This document shows positions 36,411-49,880 of a DNA stretch of 64,000 bases, piece by piece (the first letter of the stretch is position 1; each line of letters begins with the position of its first letter). Under the pieces are notes generated by a model. The model was not told the origin of the DNA and ran no database searches. It worked only from the letters and a program-made list of their open reading frames with translations. The position numbers and the translations under genes were made by a program. Origin of the DNA: Sphyrna mokarran (taxonomy: Eukaryota); NCBI GenBank assembly GCA_024679065.1, contig JAGIQG010000011.1:68758001-68822000 (forward strand). The letters run 5' to 3'.

Positions 36411-37877
36411 CTATGTACCCTTTTAATGATGTGATTATTGTCACAGATTGCCACTTAACACCTCTTGTCCAAAAAGTAAAAATGTTGGTGTTCTGTTCCT
36501 TTAAATGGTAAATTGGTGAAGATTTTAAATATTAGTTCATTTCATATTCTTCATACTGTCTCTTGTTAATTTCCCTTATTCCAATCTTTTTTCCCTTTCT
36601 TTATACCTGACCTGACATTGAATGCACCCATTCTAATTTGCTCTCTTTCTCAGTCCTTCCTTTGTTTATTTTTAAATCACCAGTTAAGGAAACACACTTC
36701 GTATATTCAGATCACAGAGGTGTGATTGCTCTTTCTGCACCTAAACAGCTCACACTTCCGATAATTTTGTGGGCAAAAGTATTTGAGCTGGAGGTGACAG
36801 GAGTGTGCCTAAGTCAGAGTTCCACTCCAGTAAATACAGCGCCAATAAATTATTGAGACCAGATTTGGTATCAGCGAGTTTCAAAAATTAGAAGTTTTTC
36901 AAGCATCACCCCTAACGTGAACTTTCCATGAAAGAACAAGTGGGAATTCAGGTGGTCAAACGAAGCCTCGACACTGAAGGCTGCCCTTTGGGAATGCAAA
37001 GGCGTTCTCTGCTGAGTAGAAAAGAACAGTGGATAGCCAGGATTCTGCTTTCATTTTCCAGCACCATCCTGCAGCAAGCTGTACAGTTAATTGTGAAGTG
37101 CACAGGATTTCACCAGCAGAGAACTCACACCTGAATTGGAAGACTTTGCAAGAAAATGGTTAAGCTTTAAAGCTCAGCGTGTATTTACTGTAGCTGTGGG
37201 ATGGGACAAATTTAAAGTAATAATTTGCAGAACAAAAATGTCAAGGAAATGCAATCAGAGAGGATAAATGATTAAACACAGATCTATTGGTCTTCTTCTT
37301 AGAACCGTGATTATGGCATTTTTGACACTTCAATTCATGTTTAGCAAATATCCTACTGCTGTCTTATGTTGTTTTTTGGCCAGTTTGGTTTCTGATGCAA
37401 ACCTATCACTATGCTTAAGGATGTTCAAATTAATCTACTAAAAGATTCACAAATTTAGATTTATTCTGTTTGCCAGAGAGGTGGGGTGCTGTTGGCCACA
37501 AAAGCCACCTATTGAAAACTCAGTTGCAGCTGAAGATAAATTAAATCTTGGTGACTCTTACGTGTATATGAAGATAAAGCTGAAATTTAACTGGATAAAG
37601 TCAATGCTTAGTCACAAAACAATAACGATAAATGTCCATAATGCTCCTCTATATTGAAGCGCCGCATCTATTGGGACATTGACTTGATGATTTAACTGAA
37701 ACCAAATGATAGGAATCACAAGTCTGAATGTCTGTCCTACTTCTATATTCAATAAGAAGCCAGACTGACTGATCAAACAACTGTAATGCTCTCTGCTTCA
37801 AGTGTTTCAGGATCATAAAATCTGACATGGAGGCTTAATTTAGTTCATTTTTCTATCACAGACACGATGTAAGAGCT

Positions 37878-38548
37878 TGGGGGAATTCTCCCAAAAAAAT
37901 ACTAAGTGCCGAGTTCATGGAAAAACTTGAGTAAATGATGCTTTCTTTTTTCAGCAGGGCTTTCAAAATGAATTTCCCACATTGTGTTCATCACAGAGTG
38001 CTCTAATATGAATTTTGTTAAAAATCAGTGGGCAATGCCTATTCCCACTGAGGCCAGCAGCATAGCACTGAGCAGTCACTGTGTATGCAACAATCTATCA
38101 GTGCTGAGATTGGTGGATGTATAGTCGCCCCACATTGCCAACCTCCCGATTGCTGACCAACTCAATCGCTGGCCAGCTGTGCGACCCCACATTGCTGGCC
38201 CACCAATCCCCCAATCCACTGATCACTCGCTTCCCGGCTTGGCCACCCTCCTAGCCCGTCTTGATCTCCTGCTGCTGGGCAGTCCTGATCTCCTGACCCC
38301 CCCCCCCCCCCACAACATTCGCAGTCCCAACCCAGAGGGCAGTGCCAAGGTCAGTCCTAGGCATTGTCACTTTGCCCCTTGAGCAATACCAGAGGTCAAG
38401 TTTGGCACTGCCAGACTGCCATTGACCTGGGGGCACCTCCCTTATCCCGGGGGGTCATCTCCAGAAATCCATACCCAGTGGAAAATCCGCTACATAGCCT
38501 CTGCTTAGACCTACCAATCCAGTTAAGTGAGCTGGGGAATTGTCCTCT
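37878..38548 (+). mobile_element. Large GC-rich non-autonomous DNA element
   Basis: TIRs gggggaattctccc / ggggaattgtcctc; homologous to 14077 and 59062. Confidence 0.7.
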
Positions 38549-38924
38549 GTTCCACAAGGAAGACCTATTTACTTAACACTATGACCCAGTAATTTTTTTT
38601 CCCAATTTAAGCTCCGGACATTTCTGATTAAAGTTGAAACAAAAGCGAGTAACTGTATTAGATTTAAAACAATATTTTCATGGGCATTCCACTCAGTTAT
38701 ATTGGTTATTTCTTTGCCCAATTTGGTCAAAATATAACTGATGCAAACGGTTGCAGAACTTGATGTGTAATTTGAGTTTGGTCAAGCCCAACAGCCATGA
38801 TCTGTTATATTAGATTGTACTAGAATCATTGTACTACAAATTATTATACTAGAAATAATCCCTGCTATACAACTGCTCACACCCTCAAGATGAATTAATC
38901 AGATTTGGGAGTTTCTCTCCAAAG

Positions 38925-39450
38925 CTGCAATTTTCTCAGGAGACTAAGGAAATTTGGCACGTCCGCTACGATTCTCAGCAATTTTTATAGATGCACCATA
39001 GAAAGTATTCTTTCTAATGTATCACTGCTTGGTATGGTATGGCTCCTGCTCGGTCCAAGACCACAGTAATCTACAAAGGGTTGTGAACGTTGTCCAGTTC
39101 ATCGTTCAAACCAGCCTCCCAGCCATTGACACTTCTCACTGCCTCGGAAAAGCAGCCGTATTATTAAGGACTCCACACACCCCAGACATACTCTCCTTTA
39201 CCTCCTTCCATCAGGAAAAAGGGAAAATAGTCTGACTCTTCCCTACTGCCATCCAACTTTTGAATGGACCTACCTTATATAAAATTAATCTTTCTTTATA
39301 CCCTAGTATCAGTATAATTCTGCATCCTCATCTTTTCTTCTTTGCTGTGTATTCTATGAACGGTATGTTTTGTCTGTATAGCACACAAGAAACAATACTT
39401 TTCACTGTATACTAAAACATGTGACAATAATAAATCAAATCAAACCAAAT
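38925..39450 (+). mobile_element. Rex1/Babar LINE 3' fragment
   Basis: FLRRLRKFG...FYRCTIESIL...WYGSCSVQDHSNLQRVVN; tail tgtgacaataataaatcaaatcaaa. Confidence 0.85.
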
Positions 39451-40307
39451 ATATGAATGTGGTATCACCCATCAGGTGATGGTTCCACTAGCTTGATCTG
39501 CAGAACTTCAACAGTAATTGTTTTTGCAATTTAGCACTAGCTCTGAGACCATGTATGCAACTATAATTAGTTTAGCACTAACTCCTAGATATATGAGCAT
39601 CTTACATGTCTGATTTCCCAGTTAATGTCTGCACATAGCAAACATTTTCTTTCAACAAGGTAAAGGGGCCTAGGTAGAAGAGAGTTTACAACACAATTTA
39701 GATGTTTTAGATGCTAAAGTCAACACCAAATTAATCTTAATTGTTCATACAAGTGATTCTAGCAAAAGAGTATGCCAGCTGTGAGCACTATTCCCCAGCC
39801 GAACAATTGATTAAAATCACCCAGAAGTTTCCTCCTTGCACTTACTCCCGGAATGCAATTTTGTAAAAGTCTAAGCTCAGATTTTCTCATCTTTAATTCT
39901 TTCTGTCTTATCCTTACAACATCTCCTAGTCTTGCATTGCAATAAGCACAAATTCCTCTTGCAATAGTTGTCCATGGTCCATTTCACTGCTCTGTGCTCC
40001 ATCAGCAATTGTAGAGCCATTAGGCATCACAGCCCTACACTTTAGAACACTGTTATCATGCTACCTGCCGACCGATCTTTAAAAGCCTTTAGAAAACATT
40101 CTTATCTGATCATATCTCTACTAATGTCAATCTTGGGTCCTGTCGATTACTCTTCCCTATAAAGTAGCTCAGGCTGTTTCGTTACACGTGAGGCTATATC
40201 AAAATGCATTGTTGTTATTTATGTTATTGATCAGAACACCAAGATATAGATATATGAAAATAATTACTTTAGCTGCTTAGATTTTGCGCAGAGTACCTAC
40301 ACATATG

Positions 40308-41218
40308 ATGGTACAGTGGTTAGCGTTGCTGCCTCACAGCACCAGGCGTCCAGGTTCAATTCCCAGCTTCGGTCACTATCTGTGCAGAGTCTACATGTTC
40401 TCCCCATGACTGTGTGGGTTCCCTCCAGGTGCTCCCATTTCCCTCCCATTCGTAAACCACACTTTTTATCAACATTATTGAGGATAGCCTTTTAATTTAC
40501 ATTCATTAATTAATTGAATTTAAATTCGCCTAGCTGCTGTGATGGAATATAAACCTGTACCCCTGGAGCACTGACTTGAGTTTTAGGATTATTAGTCCAG
40601 TAACATTGCCATGACGATAGAATCATGGAAGAATCATAGAATCCCTACAGCACAGAAGGAGACCATTTGACCAATCGGGTTTGCAGTGACACAATCCACC
40701 CAGGCCCTATCCCCCTAACTTCAAGTTTTTATCCTGTTAGTCTCCCTGACAATGAATGTGCAAGTCAGGCAGGTTGACCATGTTAAACTGCCTTTTAGTG
40801 TTCCAAGATGTGTAGGTTAAAGGGGACTGGGGCGTATATTTATGGGATTCAGGGATAGGTTAGGAGTTGGCCTAGGTAAGATGCTCTGTCAAAGACTCAG
40901 TGCAAACTTGATAGGCCAAATGGTCTCTTTATGCATTGTAGAGCTTCATAGAATTATAGAATCCCCATGTATTTAACCTGCTAATGCCCCTGACACTAAG
41001 GGGCAATTTAGCATGGCAAATCCACCTACCCAGCACATCTTTTTGCACTATGGGAGTAAACTGGAGCACCTGTTTCCTGTTAGCACGTTGGCCATGCTAA
41101 ATTCTCCCTCAGTGTACCCGAGCAGGTGCCAGAGTGTGGTGACTTGGGGATTTTCACAGTAATTTAATTGCAGTGTTAATGTAAGCCTACCTGTGACTCA
41201 TAAATAAACTTTAACTTT
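40308..41218. mobile_element. Cluster of SINE fragments in alternating orientation
   Basis: V-SINE head + (40308-40450), non-V SINE head - (40500-40615), V tail - (40618-40752), V body/tail + (40755-40948), V body - (40950-41071), alternative tail + (41085-41218). Confidence 0.75.
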
Positions 41219-42007
41219 AGCACATCTTACAGGTACCATGATGCCAAATCTTGCTTCAGAGTGAAACCATGGGAAAATATAGAATGAATTATTTTGCACT
41301 ACAAATTTTGACAGCATGGTTATCCATGTATTATATTTTGTTACATTAATGAAATTATCACATTTATTATATCAATAAACCTCAATCAAACAGAACAAAT
41401 AGAAATAAAAGTAAATCTGGATGAAAAGCTTAAAAATGATGGAGTAGAAAAGAAAAGCACTGAGATTAAAATTGGCATGCTTCCCAAGACAATGTCTGGT
41501 GATTTAAGGCACACATGTTGGACCTCCTGAGGAGAAATTCTCACAGCATCTGCATATATGGATACATGTTTCCAGTTGTGAATATAAACTTAGTGAAGGG
41601 CATGCTTGCAAAAAAGGACTTGCATTTATATTCTTACTTACTGTACCAAAAATAACTCCCTACATTTCTCAGACAATAATTCCCATCTTCATTATGCTGT
41701 TACATAGCAATCACTGGAGCCAATTTAGATGAAGTGAGATGCCAGAAATCTGAATGGGGTTAGATGAAGAAAAGGAGGGAGGAGGCCCTCGTGGAGCATT
41801 AAGAGCTGAGAGGTTTATCAGGCTGATGGGCTTGTTTCTGTGCTGTAAATACAATGCAGAACAGTGAATAATTGAGTGGTGATTGAGTGACAAATGTAGG
41901 TCAGACTGCAAAGAGAGATGGTGGAGAATTTTATTTTTCTTCAGAACATTGCCATTTGATCTTGCTTCTAATGGGCAGATAAGGTTTTGATTGAACATTT
42001 TTATTTG

Positions 42008-42430
42008 ATAAATCCCTACTGTACAGAAGGAGGTCATTTGGCCTCTACTGACCACACTCTGACCCAGGCCCTATTCCTGTAATCCTACATATTTACTGTG
42101 CCAATCCCTGACACTAAGGGTCAATTTAATACGGCCAATCAACCTAACTCACACATCTTTGGATTGTGGGAAGAAACCAGAGTGCCTGGAAGAAACCCAC
42201 ACAGTCACAGGCAGAATGTGCAAACTCTACACCCAAGGCGGAATTTTCCCATCTGGCCTGCTACAAGAATTGTACAGGCAGGACACAGACCACGCAAAGA
42301 TCTGTTGATGGGATTTTCCGGCCTTGGAGCAAGTGTGGCTAGAAAGTCCCATCCCGACAGTCATCTAAGTCTGGAATTAAACCCAGTTCTCTAGCACTAT
42401 TGCCTCACAGCACCAACCGCTCTGCCACCA
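42008..42430 (-). mobile_element. HE1/V-SINE interrupted by a family A MITE (42237-42355)
   Basis: SINE sequence caaactctacac|gacagtca split by ggcggaattttccc...aaagtcccatccc. Confidence 0.85.
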
Positions 42431-43230
42431 AAACTACTATGCCTCCCAGCAGGTTCCCTAGGTCCTGAAAAATGCAAATTGTTCCAAATAATTTTCAACA
42501 GTACGTGTAAAACTTGACTTCTATTATACGCCAAATTCAACATAGCTTCCCCTATAAGGTTTGCTTTGACAGTGTACGTTTTGTGTTTCAGAACAGCTAT
42601 TAACATTTCCATCTGAAATTGTACGCATAGCTACAACCTCCTGCATTGTCATTTTTACAAATCTGTTTAAGCATTTATCACAAAATCTGTGCAGTGAGGA
42701 ATGAGATGAATGTGATCCGATATCTATCCTAGTTAATTAACTACTTGAGAAGTACTAAGTAATCCTTATTACTCTTCATGTAATTGACTATTTTGTACAC
42801 GCATTCCGCAATCTCAAGCGGAACTTAGTTTCAGTGATAGGAGTTCTCTTCCCTGCCCCATCCAAACTGGCTGGAGAACTGGTGGGAACCCTGCATTACT
42901 TCTCTCTGGATTGCCTTACTTACATGCAATCAGCAACTTAAATGACCAGCATCAGGCCTGCTGTGTGATCAAGGCTCAGTAACCTGCCTCAGATAGCAGC
43001 CACTCAGAAGCTGTTGACTCTCCATTAACAGCAACATTATCGAGCACTGTGGCTGTTGACAACAATGTTCTAAGGGGTTACTAGAGATCACCACTGGATT
43101 CCTGGTGAATGGGACAGAATGGGATCATGGGAGGGGGTTGGCTAGTAAAGGGCTAGATGCAAGGGCAGCAGTATGATTTTCAGCAACATCTTCCTTCTCC
43201 ATTTGAAGCTGTGTCCCTCAATCAGACAGA

Positions 43231-43358
43231 GACTGGAATTTTACCACCCTGCCCACCATGGGAATCAGGGTGGTCAAAGGGCAAGACAATGGGAAGGTCA
43301 GTTGACCTCGGGTGGGATTATATGGTTTCAGGACAAGCGCGGCTACAAAATCCCACCC
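43231..43358 (-). mobile_element. MITE, family A
   Basis: actggaatttta ... aaaatcccaccc; ggtcagttgacctcggg core. Confidence 0.7.
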
Positions 43359-43589
43359 AGCATGTCTGTCAACAAAGGATCCCTTGGAGTCAGCACGCCA
43401 ATCTGAAAGGGTTTCCTGGTGCCTTTGTGTCTCGTTATATCAGTGACCCACCATTAAATCTGTGTGAGCTCAGGGGTCACTGATATCTTGGCACCAGAAG
43501 GTAGGATTCCCCCGTTTAGTCCTTCCCATCCACCATTAAAGGTAGCTTTTCTGACATCAGGAATCAGGCACAGGTACACATGCCACCGA

Positions 43590-43688
43590 CTCCCCTCCCC
43601 ACGCTCCCTTACCCCCCCCTCCCCCCTTCCCCCCTCCCCCCCCCCCACTCCCCCGCACCCCCCACCCCCACACTCCCCCCATCCTCCA
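43590..43688. repeat. C-rich low-complexity tract
   Basis: About a dozen C3+ runs in ~100 bp. Confidence 0.9.
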
Positions 43689-44054
43689 CATTATCATGTC
43701 CATTCTGACGAGTTCTGTTTAATTCCATACCCAAGTTTGTGACTGAAATCACATTGTGCAAAAGATTTGTTTGCAAATTGCATATTTCAGCTGTTTTTGA
43801 TAGTGGCTCAGAACTATTGGCAAAGCAAAGATTAAATCTAGTCTTTAAGCAAAGAGGATTCAACTGTTGTGAAGGAATACCTAATTTCTACATAGCCAAT
43901 GAATTACAGGATACAAATCAAATTGATGTAAAACACACAGAGGTCAATTTTCACTGCTTCCACCTGGAGTTAATGGAGGGATAACAATCTCCAGATGGGC
44001 TCAGTAGCCTTAACACTCTGTTAATACCAGCCATGTGAGCAGCTCCAGGCTAAT

Positions 44055-44255
44055 CGGCAGAAAATGCTGGAAAATCTCAGCAGGCCAGACAGCATCTGAG
44101 AGAGAGAACAGGGCTGATGTTTTGAGTTTGGATGATTCATCACCAGAACTGAGGACAACTGGAAATGGGATCAAATCAATATTCATATTGTGTTGGGGGG
44201 TGGTGGGGAGACACAATAGTAAGGCAAAAAAGATAAAAAGTGGGATTTAAAAAAA
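44055..44255 (-). mobile_element. Penelope-derived terminal repeat
   Basis: aaatgctggaaaatctcagcagg...cagcatctg...gatgttttgagtttggatga. Confidence 0.65.
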
Positions 44256-45299
44256 ACGCAAAGTTAAAGTTTATTTATTGGTCACAAGTAAAGCTTATAT
44301 TAACACTGCACTGTGAAATTCCCCCAGGGAAAAAGGGGAGGGTGAGTGATAGAGAAATGAATCATACTAACAACTCTTTATCTCTACACCACATCTTAAG
44401 TTCAAATAGTGTCAGAAGAAAATTCATAAAAAATAACTTTTGTAAAAATCTCAACTTTTATTTGGTTTATCGAATCTGACTACTTTTTTGTACAGATTTG
44501 GTCCTCAAAATCAGCTTTTGCACATTAGGTATTTGAGAGACATGATGGAAACCAAATAGCTCAATAAATAGCTTTTGTATCTTCAATATACCTGAGCTCT
44601 ATGAGTCTTGCAGGTTGAGTGATGTGAACACACTGCTCATACCTAAGTGAGACAATTTACATTTTCTATGCATTTTAAATTCACACTTCAAATGGTGTCA
44701 CAGCACTATCCCATCTCACGTGGGATTCACTTATATTAACAGTTCAACCTCATCAACTCATAGCTAGGTTTTGGTTTTGTGTTTATATAAACATTACAAA
44801 GGCATTTTCAAGTTATCTGAATGCAAGACTAAACACTTTATTTAATAAGCATACCTATCCAGGAGTTAAAAGCACATTTTTTTAAAATTCTACTGATGTG
44901 AACTAAATATTGAGACTAAGGTGTTTTAATGTTTTCTTTCGAATAAAATGCTTTACATTGCAATGTAACAAAGCATAGCAAAATGTAACTAAATGCTCTG
45001 TAAAAAACACATCAGTTACGTTATCTACATCTGCCATATTAGGTTGAGCAAAATATGCAACCAAATTTTCATTGCTTCATCTTTTTTTCTTTATTGCTTT
45101 CCATCATCAATACAATCCATTCATCGTAATTTAGCTGAAGCTTTACTATAAGGTCTATGCACAGTAAATATGGTTACAGGAATAAGAGCCATAATTCTAC
45201 AGACTCTTAGGAGACTAGTTTTGGAAATGAGTAAATTTTGCAGTGTATTTCCTATCTGGAGAGCGGGGTGGGAAATACTCCCAATTTCACTCTGAAGCT

Positions 45300-45530
45300 T
45301 TTGATTTGATTTATCATTGTCACAGGCATTGGGATTGAATTGTTTCTTGCATGCTATACAGTCAAAACATACCATTCATAGAGAACACAGCAGAGAAGGA
45401 AAGGAGAGGATGCAGAATATTGTGTTATAGTCATGATTAAAATGCAAAGAAAGATCAGCTTAATATATTGTAAGTCCACTCAAAAGTCTGATGGCAGCAG
45501 TGAAGAAGCTGTTCTTGAGTTGGTTGGTAC
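45300..45530 (-). mobile_element. Rex1/Babar LINE 3' end
   Basis: ttgatttgatttatcattgtcaca tail; homologous to 45992-46225. Confidence 0.75.
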
Positions 45531-45991
45531 ATGGTACATAATATACGTACATAATATGGAGTTGGTACATAAATTCATTAATTAGACATCAGCAACCCTG
45601 CCATTACCAAATGGGTTGACTGTCTGGGCACCGTATTTAATCGTCACCCAAACAAACACAATACTCTGACCTGGCCTGCTGTGCGCAGGAAATTTCCTGA
45701 CATGACTCCACCTAAGTAAAAAAGCTGTTCTCAGTTTCAGCAATGACTGCCTTGAAGCCCTCATTCATTTACAGCCCTTACAGGGCACAGCTCAGCACAC
45801 AATGCAGACATGCATAATCCCCAATTTCTCCTTACAGCAGACATCCAGGAGCTGTGTGAGTTTGAGAAGGATGCTGCCGAGCTGGCAGTCAAAGAGACAG
45901 ATGGTTCCTGCGGAGGAGGCAATATTGACCATTCCCAGCCAGCCAGTATGGATGAGCCCTCTATAAGTTGATCACATTCTGATGATCACTT

Positions 45992-46762
45992 TTGATTTGT
46001 TTTATTATTGCCACATATATTAGTACACAGTGAAAAGTATTGTTTTTTGCGCACTATACAGACAAAGCATGCCATTCATAGAGAAGGAAATGAGAGAGTA
46101 CACAATGTAATGTTACAGTCATAACTAGGGTGTAGAGAAAGATCAACTTAATGCAAGGTAGCTCCATTCAGAAGTCTTACAGCAGTAAGGAAGAAGCTGT
46201 TTTTGAGAGTCAGTTGGTGCATGTCCTCAGACTTTTGTATATTTTTCCCGACGGAAGAAGATGGAAGAGAGAATGTCCTGGGTGTGTGGGATCCTTAATT
46301 ATGCTGGCCACTTTTCTGAAGCAGCCGGAAGTATAGACAGTGTCAATGGATGGGAGACTGGTTTGAGTGATGGACTGGGCTTCGTTCACGGTCCTTTGTA
46401 ATTCATTGTAATCTTAGATAGGGCAGGACTCATCCCAAGGTGTGATACAACTGGAAAGAATGCTTTCCATGATGCATCTTAAAAGTTGAGAGAGTTTAGC
46501 AGACATTCCAAATTTCCTTAGTCTCCTGAGAAAGTGAAGGTGCTTATGGACTTTCTTAATTATCACATCTGCATTGAGGGAGCAGGACAGGTTGTTGATG
46601 ATCTGGACATCTGAAAACATGAAGCTCTTGACCATTTCGAATTTGTCCCCACTGAGGTAGACAGGGGCGTGCCGTCCACTATGCTTGCTGAAGTCGATGA
46701 CTAACTCCTTCATTTTATTGACATTGAGGGAGAGATTATTGTTGTTGCAACAGTTCACCAGA
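45992..46762 (-). mobile_element. Rex1/Babar LINE fragment
   Basis: NNLSLNVNKMKELVIDF...HFLRRLRKFGMS...CIMESILSSCITPW in ORF 46414-46863. Confidence 0.88.
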
Positions 46763-47937
46763 GTGACATGCAATATTGTATCTGGCTGCTTATGAACTGA
46801 ATATAACTTCTGTCCCTTGTTAAGTCCCTGCAAGTGGCTGTCTCTAACATGCTGGAGACGCAATGACTAGTTGTGGAAAATCAGATAGAGTTGCGAGAGG
46901 CAGTAAATAGACTTTGGTGAAGGATGGAGGAGTCTGACATTCCGTCTGATGTTGTAGTTTGGATGTGCGAGTGTCTCCTTGGGAAGAGTGACAGCTGCCT
47001 TGAAGACTTTAGTCCGGTAGATCCTACCAGATTTGCACTTGGACCTGTACTCCATGGCATTGGTGGAGCCATCAGTGAATAGGCAAAAGAGGTTCAGGAC
47101 ACCTTGACCTCCCACTAATAGTCCCTTCTCCTCAGGGAATCAGGCAGGGGAGGGTGGAATGGTGGTCAGTGCGGGCTCCTTCTGCACTTTAGCAATTCTA
47201 TTCTATGATTCAAAAATCACCACACAGACAAACTAAGCATCATATATAGCCCCTCAGCATGAAACCTGGGAACGGATGAACATAGCAGAAGAAAAAAATC
47301 CTGAGTTCTCATGAAAGGTCACAGGCCTCGAATTTTAAGCTCTGTTGCTCATTCCACATGATGGGGCCAGATTTGCTGAGCGTTTCCAGCGGCATTCTGT
47401 TTTTGCTCAATCCTGGAGTTATTTAAGGGGGCAAAAAAAAACTGGGAACTTCTTCTTTGAGTTCCTCAGGCAGTGAAACAAGACATCAAGAGATCATAAT
47501 TGTGTATACAGTATCTCTATGATTTTATCCCAATCAGTTACAACCAATAGATGATAGAAAAGTATTTTATCACACCACATTTGCAATACGATCCTTCCAA
47601 CTTCCAACCATGCAATTACATGGGTAGTAAAATGGTTTGATTGGAATTTGGAATACCCAGCGTAGCTACTCAGAAGTAGATTGCTACTTTGTTTGTACTC
47701 CAGATGTCTTATAAAAATGATAGCAGTTAAAGTGCCTGTCTGTTTCAAACACCGGACCCTGCTGGTTGGTAAAACGTGGCCCTGTGTCCCTCTCCTGCCA
47801 CATAAGGACACAATCATTGGGATTCTGAAATCCAAGCAACAGTCAGGGCCTTTGGATCATCAAGAATATGATGTCTGCTGTTGAACTCATTGAATAGCAA
47901 AGTCAGTGTCATCTATCAGCTACCTACCTAATCAGCT

Positions 47938-48178
47938 GGGGCAACATGGTCACACAGTGGTTAGCATTGCTGCCTCATAGCGACAGGGACCCGAGTTTGA
48001 TTCCTGGCTTGGGTGACTGTCTGTGTGGAGTTTGCATGATCTCACCGTGTCTGTGTGGGTTTCCCCCCACAGGCTGAAAGACATGTTGGTTAGATGCATT
48101 GATCTGAGTGGGACAATTTCACAGTAACTTCATTGCCGTATTATAATGTAAGCCTTACTTGTGACAAATAAAAAAAAA
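47938..48178 (+). mobile_element. V-SINE with alternative tail
   Basis: Head plus V domain, then tttcacagtaacttcattg...gtaagccttacttgtgacaaataaa. Confidence 0.85.
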
Positions 48179-48599
48179 GTCTACCTCATGAAGTAATCTT
48201 AGGTCAATTAACTATTTTACTTTGTTCAGTTTCACTAGGCAGGACACAGAGATCCTGATTGATACTTGGCTCACATACTTGATGCCTGAAGAAGAAAAAT
48301 AATGTGGCTGCAAATTTCCATGTCTTCCATTGATTATTTTTCAATAGCAAGTGTCCATTGTGTTAATACTCCACCACTGGCCTGCGGCAGGATCTCTCAA
48401 TCCCATCACTATCAATGGGGTTTCCTGTTGATGGTGGACTCAGTTGCGGGGTTACCTATGGTAGGGAGTTGCTGTCGACAGGATCAGATGATCCTGCTGG
48501 TGGAAAGGCCGGGAAGATTTCGGTCACTGAGTTCCTTTTATATCTTCTGAACATTGATTTAGAAAATCGCTTTCATTATCGTTCACCAATATACCAAAA

Positions 48600-49380
48600 G
48601 AGAAAAGCAGGTCTGGCAGCATCTGTAAGGAAAGAGAAGAGCTGACGTTTCGAGTCCGGATGACCCTTTGTCAAAGCTACAAGGCATAGAAATTGGGAGA
48701 CATTTATAGAGTAGGGGGGAGAGAATGAAAGATAAGTCATAGCCACAGAAACCATAGGAAAGTACTGATAATAACTATCAATAGGGACAATAAAAGGTGT
48801 GCATGGCCAAACAACTGAGAAGCTAAAATGAGAGTAAAAACTGTGACAGATGAAGATGTTGGGGGAGGGGGGAAATGGGACTGAAGTAGAATGTAGAAAA
48901 GAAGAAGCAGGGGAGAAAAGGTAAGGAAAGGGGGATGAAATAGAGGAAAGAGTGAGGAGGGAGAAAAAGGAAGAAAGGCAATAAAGAAATAAAAGGTAGA
49001 GAACAGTAAAAAATTAAATAAAATAGAATGAAAACAAAGGGATCTAGGTGGGGTAGAGTAAATCATCTGTTAAATTCAATGTTGAGACTAGAAGGTTATA
49101 AAATGTCTGGCCAGAAGATGAGATGCTGTTCCTTCAGTTTGCGATGAGCTTTACTGGAACATTGCAGCAAGCCAAGGACAGACAGCTGGGCATAGGAGCA
49201 GGATTGTGTGTTAAAATGGCAAACAACCTGAAGGTCAGGATCCTGACTGTGCTCAAACCAAAGGTGCTCAGCAAAGTGATCACCCAATCTAAGCTTGGTC
49301 TCTCCAAGATAGAGACCGCCACCTTGAGAGCAGTGTGTTTGATTGTAACCTAGAATAAACTTCAAGCATACAAATAAACG
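48600..49380 (-). mobile_element. Penelope-like element 3' part (GIY-YIG remnant, pyrimidine-rich UTR, terminal repeat with hammerhead-like motif)
   Basis: GLYLGETKLRLGDHFAEHL...VVCHFN...LSVLGLLQC...RKLKEQHLIF (ORF 49096-49455). Confidence 0.85.
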
Positions 49381-49487
49381 GAATTTGAAGTACAGGAACA
49401 TGCTGTTTAATCCTGATGTTTCTGTTCTTCCTAATTCCTCAAAACCTATTAACATATCATTTTCATCCTTTCTTCCTCATCCTGGTC

Positions 49488-49880
49488 TCAGGAGGTGAGC
49501 ATTGCAGGCCCAGCCAGCATGTTTTGCCCATCCCTAACTGACCTTGAGAGGTGGTGAGCTGTCTTCCTGAACTGCTGCAACCTGTGGTGGTACAGATACA
49601 CCCACAGTGCTGTCATGGAGGGAGTTCCAGGATTCTGATTCAGCAATAGTGAAGGAATGGTGATATATTTCCAAGTCAGGATGGTGAGTGGCTTGGAGGG
49701 GAACTTGCAGGCAGTGGTGTTTCTATATGTCTTTATTCTTCTAGGTGGCACAGGTCATAATACTTTGAAAGTGCTGCTGGAGGAGGCTTAGTGAGTTGCC
49801 ACAGCGCACCTTGTGGATGGTACATACTACTAGCACTATGTATCGGTGATGGAGGGAAAGAAGGTGGTGGATTGGGGGAA
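49488..49880 (-). mobile_element. Second LINE family, 3' fragment
   Basis: CKFPSKPLTILTWKYI (ORF 49488-49751); homologous to 20795-21120. Confidence 0.8.

Noticed and set aside
46765-47100. Possible RTE-clade LINE remnant on minus (with 45580-45990)
   Set aside because: Only vague motif resemblance, so it was not called as a feature.
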